A stretch of 64,000 bases of DNA, from NCBI GenBank assembly GCA_937952305.1, contig CALFZO010000006.1, positions 136,558-200,557 on the forward strand, in the 5' to 3' direction. Of this stretch, positions 9,040 through 17,136 are shown in pieces. The position numbers and the translations under genes are program-made. The notes under the pieces were generated by a model that did not search any database, was not told the DNA's origin, and saw nothing but the letters and a program-made list of their open reading frames with translations. Source of the DNA: an uncultured Anaerolineales bacterium (GTDB lineage Bacteria; Chloroflexota; Anaerolineae; Anaerolineales; UBA6663). Positions within the stretch are counted from its first letter, which is position 1. Each line of letters opens with the position of its first letter.

Positions 9040-9969
9040 CTAACCGCCGTGGCGGCGCAGAGCGGCCAACTCCTTGTAGAGCTGGCGTTCCCGGTCGGTG
9101 AGCTGCGTCGGGATGCGCACCACGACGCGGGCGAAGAGGTCGCCGGCAGTGCCGGGCTCGCGCAGCCGCGGCATGCCGCGGCCGGCCAGGCGGAAGGTCT
9201 TGCCGGATTGGGTCTCGGGCGGGATCGAGAGGACGACGTCGCCGGCCAGGGTGGGCACCCGCGCGTCGCCGCCCAGCACGGCCGTGTAGACGTCGACGGG
9301 GACATCCACGCGCAGGTCATCGCCGTCGCGCTCAAAGCGGTCGTGCGCGCGCACGGCCACGTTCAAGAACAGGTCGCCGGCGGGCTGGCCGAGGCCGCCT
9401 TCACCCTTGATGCGCACCCGGGTGCCGGCGCGCGCGCCCTTGGGGATGCTCACCTCCAGGCGCCGTCCGCCCTTCTGCAGGGTGCGCGTCGCGCCGTGGA
9501 AGGCTTCCTCCAGGGTGATCTCCACCGGCTGCTCGATGTCCTCGCCGCGAAAGCCGGCGCGGCTGCGCGCGCTGCCCGCCTCGCCGAAGCCGCGGCCGCC
9601 GCCGAAGAGCGTGTTAAAGAAATCAGAGAAGCCGCCGGCGCCGCCGAACAGGTCGTTCAGGTCGCGCATATCCACGCGCGAGCCGCCGCCGGACGACCAT
9701 TGCGACCAATCAAAGCCGCCGCCCGGCCGGCCGGCCCGCTCCCACTGCTGGTAGCTGCTGCCGAGCCGGTCATACTTGGCGCGCTTATCGGCATCGCCCA
9801 GGACCTCGTAGGCCTCGTTGATGTCCTTGAAGCGGTCCTCGGCCGCCTTGTCGCCGGGGTTCTTGTCCGGGTGATATTTCTGCGCCAGCTTGCGGTAGGC
9901 GCTCTTGATCTCTTTCTCAGTGGCGTTCTTGCCGACGCCCAGCAGTTGGTAGTAGTCCTTATAGTCCAT
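9040..9969 (-). CDS. DnaJ-class co-chaperone without zinc-finger domain (CbpA-like)
   Basis: 309 aa. The J domain reads [33 protein letters not shown], followed by a G/F-rich region and then directly the DnaJ C-terminal domain. No CxxCxGxG repeats are present. Confidence 0.85.
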   Translation of the reverse strand: MDYKDYYQLLGVGKNATEKEIKSAYRKLAQKYHPDKNPGDKAAEDRFKDINEAYEVLGDADKRAKYDRLGSSYQQWERAGRPGGGFDWSQWSSGGGSRVDMRDLNDLFGGAGGFSDFFNTLFGGGRGFGEAGSARSRAGFRGEDIEQPVEITLEEAFHGATRTLQKGGRRLEVSIPKGARAGTRVRIKGEGGLGQPAGDLFLNVAVRAHDRFERDGDDLRVDVPVDVYTAVLGGDARVPTLAGDVVLSIPPETQSGKTFRLAGRGMPRLREPGTAGDLFARVVVRIPTQLTDRERQLYKELAALRRHGG

Positions 9970-10068
9970 AGTTGGGCTGGCGCGCCTTGAGGCCGGCGAC
10001 GCCCCTCGGGCCCCGGTTACTGTAGCAGAGAATCGTTGGAGGCGTGTAAGAGGCGCCGGACGGCGGCG

Positions 10069-10596
10069 TCAGTTGGCGCGGCGGTCCACCAGGCGCTGCA
10101 TCAGTTCGATCTGCGACTTGTCGCGCAGTTCGACACCCAGCAGCACGGCGCGCCGGCGCGCGTCAGACAGGAAACCGGCCGGCGCGATCAGCACGGCCCG
10201 CTGCGCGCGCAGCGCATCCCGCGCGGCCGCTAGGGCGTCCACCACAGCGGGCGGCGGCGGCTCGCTGCCGGGCAGGCAGCGCACCAGCGTGCTTTGCGTG
10301 TCTTTCAGGACCACCAGTTGCTCCAGGTCCACGCCCGGTTCGCCGCCGGCCACCACCTCATAACCTTGGGCCTTGTAGTAATCGCGCACCAGCCGCACCA
10401 GATCATCCAGCGACTGGCCGATGTTGCTGCGGCTGGCCCGCTTGGGCGGAACGGGCGTCTCCGCCTGACCCCGCCGCTCCAGCCAGACCCGCACGCCGGC
10501 CACCAGCAACACAAACCCCAGCACCGGCAAGGCGATGGCCAGCAGTGTGCCCAGCGACGGCAGACCCAAAAACGAGTCGCGCAACCAATCCGGCAT
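10069..10596 (-). CDS. Membrane-anchored protein with a restriction-endonuclease-like (Mrr_cat-like) C-terminal domain
   Basis: 175 aa with one N-terminal TM helix (LLAIALPVLGFVLLVAGV). The soluble domain resembles the Mrr-type fold (YYKAQGYEV...GVDL...LVRC). The expected (E/Q)xK is not obvious. Confidence 0.45.
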   Translation of the reverse strand: MPDWLRDSFLGLPSLGTLLAIALPVLGFVLLVAGVRVWLERRGQAETPVPPKRASRSNIGQSLDDLVRLVRDYYKAQGYEVVAGGEPGVDLEQLVVLKDTQSTLVRCLPGSEPPPPAVVDALAAARDALRAQRAVLIAPAGFLSDARRRAVLLGVELRDKSQIELMQRLVDRRAN

Positions 10597-10835
10597 AGTT
10601 CTATTTTATCCAGCCCGCCCGGGAGCGCCCATGCTGCCGGCCCGCCCGCTCTCACCGCCTCCTAACCGCGCGGCTGCGTCCGCCGCCGGCGCCGGAAACG
10701 GTATCCGGCCCCCCGCGCTCCGAGGGATTGCGGAGCCAGGGTGGGACGAATGGGCGATGTTTCCCCAGCCAGAACCGCGCATACTCACGGTGACTGGGGT
10801 GATCGTTCAACAAGCCCGGAGGAGATGCTGTGTTG

Positions 10836-10961
10836 ATGATCGCGGCCCTAATCATTGGGGGGATCATTCTGCTGTTCGTGATGTTGAGCGTCGTCGGCGT
10901 CATCACGCCGAGGCCCGGCGACCAAGAGACCAACGCGAGCGGCCTGATCCACCGCCAGTGA
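10836..10961 (+). CDS. Possible 41-aa single-TM micro-protein
   Basis: Own translation: MIAALIIGGIILLFVMLSVVGVITPRPGDQETNASGLIHRQ. GGAGGAG lies 10-16 nt upstream, and an in-frame GTG at 10830 is an alternative start. It is not in the ORF track because it is too short. Confidence 0.25.
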   Translation: MIAALIIGGIILLFVMLSVVGVITPRPGDQETNASGLIHRQ

Positions 10962-11258
10962 GCTGAGACGCCACAGGCGGACGCCACACAACCTGCCGGG
11001 GCCAAGCCCCGACGGGTCCTTACTTTTTAAGGTAACGCCGGCTGCCTGGACCAGGCCAACGGTCCGGCGCCGCGAATATTGGCATAATATCGCTCCTATT
11101 TTGGGGGTGGCCGGCCTTTTGGGGGCGGGACGCGTCCACTATAATTGCCCCCGCTGACCAGTGCCCGGGTTCCGACGTTGGCAATGGGTCGCTGTGGCCG
11201 GAGGCCAGTCCGCGTGACGAGGCCGACCGGCCGTGTTGCCAGGGCACGAGGGTGAGGC

Positions 11259-12467
11259 ATGAAGAGCACAGGTATCAAGAGTTGGGTGATCGGGAGCGTC
11301 ATCGTATTGGCCGTTGGGGGCGCCAGCTTCTGGGTTGTGCCGAACTGGCCGGAGCGCGTGGGCTGGCGTTGGCAGCAGTTCTGGGCCGGCACACGCCGCG
11401 CCGTGCTGCAGCTGCCAGACACACTGCCCACGCCGGCCGTCGCCGCCGTAGCCACTTCAGCCGCCACGGCCACGCCCCCGCTGACAGCGCCCACCGCCAC
11501 GCCGGAGGCCGCCGCCGCGCTGCCGGCCTACCCGGACCAGATGGAGCTGACCGGCTTCACGCAGGTCTGGCAGAAGGTCAACAACTGCGGGCCGGCCACA
11601 CTGGCGATGGCGCTCAGTTACTGGGGCTGGAAAGGCACGCAGGCGAACACCGCCAATGCCCTTAAGCCGGACCCGAACGACCGCAACGTGGCCCCGGCGG
11701 AGATGGCCGCTTACGCCCAGCGCGTAGGCCTGGGCGCTCTGGTGCGCCAGGGCGGCACCGTGGAGACGGCCAAGCGCCTGGTGGCGGCCGGCTTCCCGGT
11801 GGTGGTGGAGACCAGCCTGGTGCTGCCCGAGCAAGGCTGGGAGGGTCATTACACCTTGGTGACCGGGTACTCCGACCCGCACCAGCAGTTCACAACGCAG
11901 GACGCCCTGCGCGGGCCGAATTTTGTGCAGACTTATGCCGACCTTGAGCGCGACTGGCGCGCCTTTAACTTCACTTACATCGTGCTCTATGCGCCGACCC
12001 GCGAGGCCGAAGTGTTGAACGTGCTGGCGGGTGCCGGCCCGGCCGGCGACGCGCAGCGCGCCGCCGAGCGCGCCCGCGCGGAGACCGCCACGCTGTCCGG
12101 CCAGGATCTGGCTTTCGCCTGGTTCAACCTCGGCTCCAGCCTGGCGGCCAGCGCCGACTGGCCGGCGGCCGCGCAGGCCTACGATCAGGCGCGCCAGATC
12201 GGCCTGCCCTGGCGCATGCTCTGGTATCAGCCCACCCCGCTCGAAACCTACTTCCAGGCCGGCCGGTATCAAGACGTGCTGGACCTGGCGGATGCCACCC
12301 TGGCCCAGGCCGATAACATCGAAGAAGTGCTGTACTGGCGCGGACGCGCGCGCCTGGCCCTGGGCGACCGCGACGGCGCCAGCGCCGATTGGCAGGCGGC
12401 GGCCGCGCTCAACCGCAACTTCACCGCCCCGGCTCAAGCCCTGGCTGAACTGGGGGCAACTCCGTGA
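11259..12467 (+). CDS. C39-like cysteine peptidase domain protein with C-terminal TPR repeats, N-terminal membrane anchor
   Basis: 402 aa with an N-terminal TM helix and a P/T/A linker. Peptidase_C39_2-like motifs are QKVNNCGPATLAMALSYWGW and WEGHYTLVTGYSD. The C-terminus is TPR-like. SD GAGGGTGAGG precedes the ATG. Confidence 0.75.
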   Translation: MKSTGIKSWVIGSVIVLAVGGASFWVVPNWPERVGWRWQQFWAGTRRAVLQLPDTLPTPAVAAVATSAATATPPLTAPTATPEAAAALPAYPDQMELTGFTQVWQKVNNCGPATLAMALSYWGWKGTQANTANALKPDPNDRNVAPAEMAAYAQRVGLGALVRQGGTVETAKRLVAAGFPVVVETSLVLPEQGWEGHYTLVTGYSDPHQQFTTQDALRGPNFVQTYADLERDWRAFNFTYIVLYAPTREAEVLNVLAGAGPAGDAQRAAERARAETATLSGQDLAFAWFNLGSSLAASADWPAAAQAYDQARQIGLPWRMLWYQPTPLETYFQAGRYQDVLDLADATLAQADNIEEVLYWRGRARLALGDRDGASADWQAAAALNRNFTAPAQALAELGATP

Positions 12468-13816
12468 CCGAGACCGCGCCCCGCGCCGCCAAGCTGGACC
12501 TGAACACGGCCACGCCCGCAGAACTGGCGGGCCTGCCCGGCCTGACCCCGGCGTTAGCCGAGCAGATCGTGGCGTACCGGCCGTTCACGGCCACTAAGGA
12601 ATTGCTGCGCGTCCCCGGCCTCGAGTTCGAGCTCTTTGAACAGCTCAAGCGGCGCGTTAAGGTCGGTCGGCCGCGCGCCGCCGCGCCCCGCGCCCCGCGC
12701 AAACGCCAGCCCCGCCGCGCGCCGGCTGAGGCCCCGCCGCCGGTCGCCGTCCACGTCCACGTCAACGCCGCCGCCCCCTACGAGACGACGACGTTCCGGA
12801 CCACCGCCGCGCCGCCGCCGCCCATCTCGGAAGTCATCGAGCCGCTGGTCATCGCCGAGCCGGCCCCGCGCACGCCGTTCGGGCGGCAGCTGGCGGCCAC
12901 GCCGACCCGCGCCCTGGTGCCGCTGGGCGCGCAGGTGACCACGGCCCTGTTCGAAAGCTACGCCGGCCCGCGCGTGGTCTTTGCCCTGTTCTCGTTCACG
13001 CTGGCCGCCATCGCGCTGGCGTTCGCCACCGGACGGCTCAGCCTGCGCTGGGACCCCGCCCCGCCCACCAGCGCCCCGGCCGTGATCGCCGCCGCCGCCA
13101 CGCCCACGCTGGAGCCGCTGGCGACGCAGGTCAGCCAGGCCGTGGCCGCCACCCTGGCCGCGCAGCCCAGCCCCACGGCGCCGCCGGAACCAACCGCCAC
13201 GGCCGACCTCCCCGCCGCCACGCCCACGACGGCTTTCATTTCCAACTCCGGGCTGGATGGCGTCGGCGCGCAGATCTTCAACGAGACCTTCATCCCGGCC
13301 GGTTATTGGTCCGTGGGCGAGACCGACTTCAGCAACATCTTTGTGGACACCGGCACCCTGGCCATCCTGGTGAAGACGCCGGGCTCGATCGCCTGGGCCT
13401 TCAACGGCTACTCGGCCGAGGACTTCTATTTTCAAGGCCTGCTGCGCCTGGGCGCGTGCCAGCTCGGCGATTACGGCGGCCTGATCTTCCGCGGCCAGGA
13501 CGATAACAACCTGTATCTCTTCGGCCTGTCCTGCGACGGCCGTTACCGGCTGGTGGAGCGCGCGGGCGGCGAGTTCCGCTTCCTGATCGACTTCACCTTC
13601 ACGCCGGAGGCCAGCACCGGCTCCGGTGCCACCAACTTGCTGGCCGTGCGCGCCGAGGGCCGCAAGCTCAGCCTGTACATCAACGATCAATTTGTGAACG
13701 CCGTCGAAGATGTCGCGCCGAGCCGCGGCTTCTTTGGCGCTTTCGCCAAGGCCGGGACCACCACCAACCTGCGGGTCGATCTAGACGACCTGTCCGCCTG
13801 GTCGCTGGGCCCCTAG
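12464..13816 (+). CDS. ComEA-type helix-hairpin-helix / single-TM / beta-sandwich (lectin-like) protein, paralog 1
   Basis: 450 aa. The N-terminal HhH_3-like region reads LDLNTATPAELAGLPGLTPALAEQIVAYRPF...LLRVPGLEFELFEQL. A TM helix (VVFALFSFTLAAIALAFA) and P/T/A linker follow. The C-terminal ~190 aa resemble a concanavalin-like fold. The GTG start overlaps the upstream stop (GTGA). Confidence 0.7.
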   Translation: MTETAPRAAKLDLNTATPAELAGLPGLTPALAEQIVAYRPFTATKELLRVPGLEFELFEQLKRRVKVGRPRAAAPRAPRKRQPRRAPAEAPPPVAVHVHVNAAAPYETTTFRTTAAPPPPISEVIEPLVIAEPAPRTPFGRQLAATPTRALVPLGAQVTTALFESYAGPRVVFALFSFTLAAIALAFATGRLSLRWDPAPPTSAPAVIAAAATPTLEPLATQVSQAVAATLAAQPSPTAPPEPTATADLPAATPTTAFISNSGLDGVGAQIFNETFIPAGYWSVGETDFSNIFVDTGTLAILVKTPGSIAWAFNGYSAEDFYFQGLLRLGACQLGDYGGLIFRGQDDNNLYLFGLSCDGRYRLVERAGGEFRFLIDFTFTPEASTGSGATNLLAVRAEGRKLSLYINDQFVNAVEDVAPSRGFFGAFAKAGTTTNLRVDLDDLSAWSLGP

Positions 13817-13830
13817 CGCGTGCGCTCGTC

Positions 13831-15660
13831 ATGTCCAAGACACCTTCACCCCGCATTGTGAATCTCAACTCGGCGCCGCCGGACGCGCTGACGCAGCTGC
13901 CCGGCGTCGGGCCAGCGCTGGCCACCCGCATCGTCGCGGCCCGGCCCTTCGCCAGCGTCCGTGACCTGATCCTCGTGCCCGGCGTCGGCCCGCGCCTGTA
14001 CGCGGCCCTGCTGCCCTATCTGACGCTCGACGACAGCGTCGTGACCGCCGCGCCGGAGCCGGCCGAGCCGACACCGCCCGCCGCTGAACTGGTACCGCCG
14101 GCGCCGCTCACTGAGCCCCCGGCCGGGCCGGAGCGGCCCGCCGACCCGGCGGCGTCCCCGGACATCGCCGAGCCGCCCGCCGATCACGCCAGCCCGCCCG
14201 AGTCGCTCGGGTCCGCGCCGCTCGGATCCGCGCCACCCACTGCGGCACCGGCTGAGGCAGCGCCCAGCCCCGACTCAGCCGAGCCAACGGTTGAACCGCG
14301 CCGCCGACCGCGCCACACGCCGCGCCGCCGGACGGTCCGCTCCGAAACCGAGCCGGCAACACCCTCCGTGCCGGACCCGGCGGCGACAACGCCGGCGGCG
14401 ACAACGCCGGCCCTTGAGCCGGAGACGCCCTTGCTTTCCGCCTCGGCGGAACCAGACGACCTCGACCCGTTCCGGCCAACGCCTGAGCCGCCCGCGCTCC
14501 GGGCGGCGCGCCCGGCCGCCTTCTACAGCGCCCAGGGTCCCTTGGCGCAGGCCGCGCCGGCCTCTGAGCCGGCCAGCCGCACCCGCAACCGACTGCTGGA
14601 AGTGCCGGTGCGCACCCGCTGGCGCGTGATGCTGCTGCTGTTCTACGGCATGATCGCGCTGGCGCTGGTGGGCTTGGCCGCGCTCTTCTACGCGGCCTTC
14701 AACCCCACGCTGGCGCTGTCCCCGGCCGCCACCTCCACAGCGGCGCCCACCGGGACGCTGCCCGAGCCGGCCATCACCGCCGTCGTCGCCGCGCCGCCGT
14801 CGGCCACCCTGGCGCCGAGTGCGACTTCACCCGCGCCCAGCGACACGCCCCTGGCCGTGGCCGCCGGGGAGACCGCCACCTCCGCCGTGACGGCCCCGCC
14901 CAGCGAGACGCGGGCGGCCTCGGCCACGCCCAGCCTCACGCCGACGCCCGCGCCCACCGACACCGTCACGCCGCGGCCCAGCTCCACACTCAGCCCCACC
15001 GCCAGCGCCTCGCCCACCAACACGCTCCCGCCGACGGCGACGGCGACGCCCACCGTCACGGCCACGCCGACCGTGGCGCCCACGGCTCCGGCCGGGGCCG
15101 GCGCGCTGCGCTTCCTGGAGACCTTCGATCCGCCGGAATACTACTGGGGCGTCGGCAACACCAACTTCGGCCGCAGCGTGCTCGGCGACGACGAGCTCCA
15201 GATCCAGGCCGGGCGCGCCGCGCTGCTGTACGTCTTCGGCAGCATGGAGCCGTCCGCCGATTTCTATTACCAGGTCACCACGCGCGCCGGCGCCTGCGGC
15301 GAGGGCGACAGCTACGGCCTGCAGGTGCGCGCCGCGGACGACTTCAACTACTACCTCTTCGGCGTGACCTGCGAAGGCCGCCTGCGCATCCAGGTGCTCA
15401 AGGACGGCCAGTACACAGTCCTCGTCAACAGCGATCAGCCCGACCGCAACGTCCGCACCGGCCCGGACGCCATCAACGTACTGGCGGTGCGCGCCCAGGG
15501 CCGGCAGTTCCAGTTCTACGCCAACGGCCGCCTGCTGACGACCCTGACCGACCAGTCACTGACGGCCGCCGGCAAGTTCGGCGTGTACGCGCGCTCGTTC
15601 CGGTCCGCCAGCTTCGAGGTCCACTTCGACGACGTCGCCGCCTGGGACACCGCCGAGTAA
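13831..15660 (+). CDS. ComEA-type helix-hairpin-helix / single-TM / beta-sandwich (lectin-like) protein, paralog 2
   Basis: 609 aa. The HhH_3-like region reads VNLNSAPPDALTQLPGVGPALATRIVAARPF...LILVPGVGPRLYAAL. A long P/A/E-rich region, an Arg-rich stretch and a TM helix (VMLLLFYGMIALALVGLAALFYAAF) follow, then a P/T/S linker. The C-terminal domain aligns to paralog 1 (GDSYGLQVRAADDFNYYLFGVTCEGRLRI versus GDYGGLIFRGQDDNNLYLFGLSCDGRYRL). Confidence 0.7.
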   Translation: MSKTPSPRIVNLNSAPPDALTQLPGVGPALATRIVAARPFASVRDLILVPGVGPRLYAALLPYLTLDDSVVTAAPEPAEPTPPAAELVPPAPLTEPPAGPERPADPAASPDIAEPPADHASPPESLGSAPLGSAPPTAAPAEAAPSPDSAEPTVEPRRRPRHTPRRRTVRSETEPATPSVPDPAATTPAATTPALEPETPLLSASAEPDDLDPFRPTPEPPALRAARPAAFYSAQGPLAQAAPASEPASRTRNRLLEVPVRTRWRVMLLLFYGMIALALVGLAALFYAAFNPTLALSPAATSTAAPTGTLPEPAITAVVAAPPSATLAPSATSPAPSDTPLAVAAGETATSAVTAPPSETRAASATPSLTPTPAPTDTVTPRPSSTLSPTASASPTNTLPPTATATPTVTATPTVAPTAPAGAGALRFLETFDPPEYYWGVGNTNFGRSVLGDDELQIQAGRAALLYVFGSMEPSADFYYQVTTRAGACGEGDSYGLQVRAADDFNYYLFGVTCEGRLRIQVLKDGQYTVLVNSDQPDRNVRTGPDAINVLAVRAQGRQFQFYANGRLLTTLTDQSLTAAGKFGVYARSFRSASFEVHFDDVAAWDTAE

Positions 15661-15684
15661 GCCGCCCGCCTCCGCCCGGACGCG

Positions 15685-15730
15685 AACGCCCTGTGGGAAC
15701 GGCGGAGGCCGCCCAGGGCGTTTGGCTTTA
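15685..15730 (+). terminator. Possible hairpin terminator after HhH paralog 2
   Basis: AACGCCCTG (15685-15693) pairs with CAGGGCGTT (15714-15722), followed by TGGCTTTAAAG. The 20-nt loop contains a second small stem. Confidence 0.3.
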
Positions 15731-15751
15731 AAGTGAAAGTCGGAGGGCAAC

Positions 15752-17053
15752 GTGTCCGACTGGTCCGGCCGCTCGCTCGCAAAGGTCGTGCTGCAACAGC
15801 GCCTGGGCCGTGGCGGCATGGCCGACGTCTACCGGGGCCAGCACACCGGCCTGAACCGGCCAGTGGCCGTGAAGGTGCTGCACAGCTTCCTGGCCGAGGA
15901 GGCGGCCCGGCTGGCGCGCTTCCACGCGGAGGCTCAGGTGGTGGCCGGCCTGCGCCACCCCAACATCGTCCAGGTCTTCGATTTCGACATCGCCGACGAC
16001 CGGCCCTACATCGTCATGGAATGGCTGGACGGCCCGCCGCTGGACCAATACCTGGACCACACGCACGCGGCGGGCCGGCGCCTCCCGCCCGAGACGACGG
16101 CGCGCCTGATTACGGCCCTGGCCAGCGCCCTGGACTACGCCCACGCCCGCAACCTGGTCCACCGCGACGTGAAACCCGCCAACGTCGTCCTGCGCCGCGA
16201 GGCCGGCCGGCTGGACCTGGACGCGTCGCTGCCGCTGGACGTGGAACCGGTGCTGACCGATTTCGGCGTGGCGCGGCTGCAACAGGCCGCCGCCCTGTCC
16301 AGCACGCTCTCGGGCACGCCCGCCTACCTCAGCCCGGAGCAGGCCCAGGGCAAACCCGTCGACGCGCGCGCGGACGTGTACTCGCTGGGCGTAGTGCTGT
16401 ACGAGCTGCTGGCCGGACATCCGCTTTTTGAAGCCGCCGGGGAGGCGCCGGACGGCAACGTCCTGGCGCTGCTCCTCAAGCACATCAGCGAACCGCCGCC
16501 GCGCATTGCCGAGGTGAGCGCGGCCGTCTGGGCCGTGACCGCACGCGCGCTGGCCAAAGCCCCGGAGCAGCGCTTTGCGCGCGCCGGCGACCTGGCCGAG
16601 GCGCTGCTGGACGCCATCTTTGGCCTCAGCGCGCGGCCGCGCTCGGCCGAAACGCCGCCCCTGGCCGGCCTGCTGGATACGCTCGAACTGCTGGTGGCCC
16701 AGGCGCAGGCCTATGAGCGCGCCCTGCCGGCCAGCAACGGGCCGGCGCGCGCCGCCGTCAACCGGCTCAGCGCGCTGGCACGCCAGGCCGCCAACGAGGC
16801 CCGCGATCTGGCCGCCGCAGCGCGCCCCGCGCCGCCGACCGCGCACCCCTTCTCCCCGCGCGAATTCGAAGTGCTCGGCCTGGCCGCTCAGGGCCTCACC
16901 AACAAAGAGATCGCCTATCGCCTGAGCCTCAGCGAGCGCACGGTGCAGTTTCATCTGAACAGCGTCTTCAACAAGACCGGCACCGGTTCGCGGACCGAAG
17001 CCGTGGCGCTGGCCCTGCAGAGCGGCTGGCTGGGGCGCCCGGCCGGCCGCTGA
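15752..17053 (+). CDS. Ser/Thr protein kinase fused to a C-terminal LuxR-type HTH domain
   Basis: 433 aa. Hanks kinase motifs are GRGGMADVY, VAVKVL, HRDVKPANVVL, DFGVARL and GTPAYLSPEQ. The C-terminal FSPREFEVLGLAAQGLTNKEIAYRLSLSERTVQFHLNSVFNKTG is a GerE/LuxR HTH. GTG start with GGAGGG upstream. Confidence 0.85.
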   Translation: MSDWSGRSLAKVVLQQRLGRGGMADVYRGQHTGLNRPVAVKVLHSFLAEEAARLARFHAEAQVVAGLRHPNIVQVFDFDIADDRPYIVMEWLDGPPLDQYLDHTHAAGRRLPPETTARLITALASALDYAHARNLVHRDVKPANVVLRREAGRLDLDASLPLDVEPVLTDFGVARLQQAAALSSTLSGTPAYLSPEQAQGKPVDARADVYSLGVVLYELLAGHPLFEAAGEAPDGNVLALLLKHISEPPPRIAEVSAAVWAVTARALAKAPEQRFARAGDLAEALLDAIFGLSARPRSAETPPLAGLLDTLELLVAQAQAYERALPASNGPARAAVNRLSALARQAANEARDLAAAARPAPPTAHPFSPREFEVLGLAAQGLTNKEIAYRLSLSERTVQFHLNSVFNKTGTGSRTEAVALALQSGWLGRPAGR

Positions 17054-17136
17054 GCGCCGGCGGCTGTGGTCATGGCGGAGGCGGCGCGGGCGCGCCGGCG
17101 CTAAGCTGAGGGTAGATGGCAGAAGGGAGAGACCCG

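Noticed and set aside
10836-10961. Double-glycine bacteriocin precursor for the neighbouring C39-like peptidase (the peptide contains GG at residues 8-9)
   Set aside because: The putative leader would be only 9 aa and lacks the LSxxELxxIxGG pattern. The peptide looks like a TM helix. The peptidase is of the C39_2/TPR type with no ABC transporter.
11160-11185. tRNA-like T-loop (GGGTTCCGA)
   Set aside because: The flanking bases do not form a T-stem, and no acceptor or anticodon arms can be drawn. No tRNA was found in any intergenic region.
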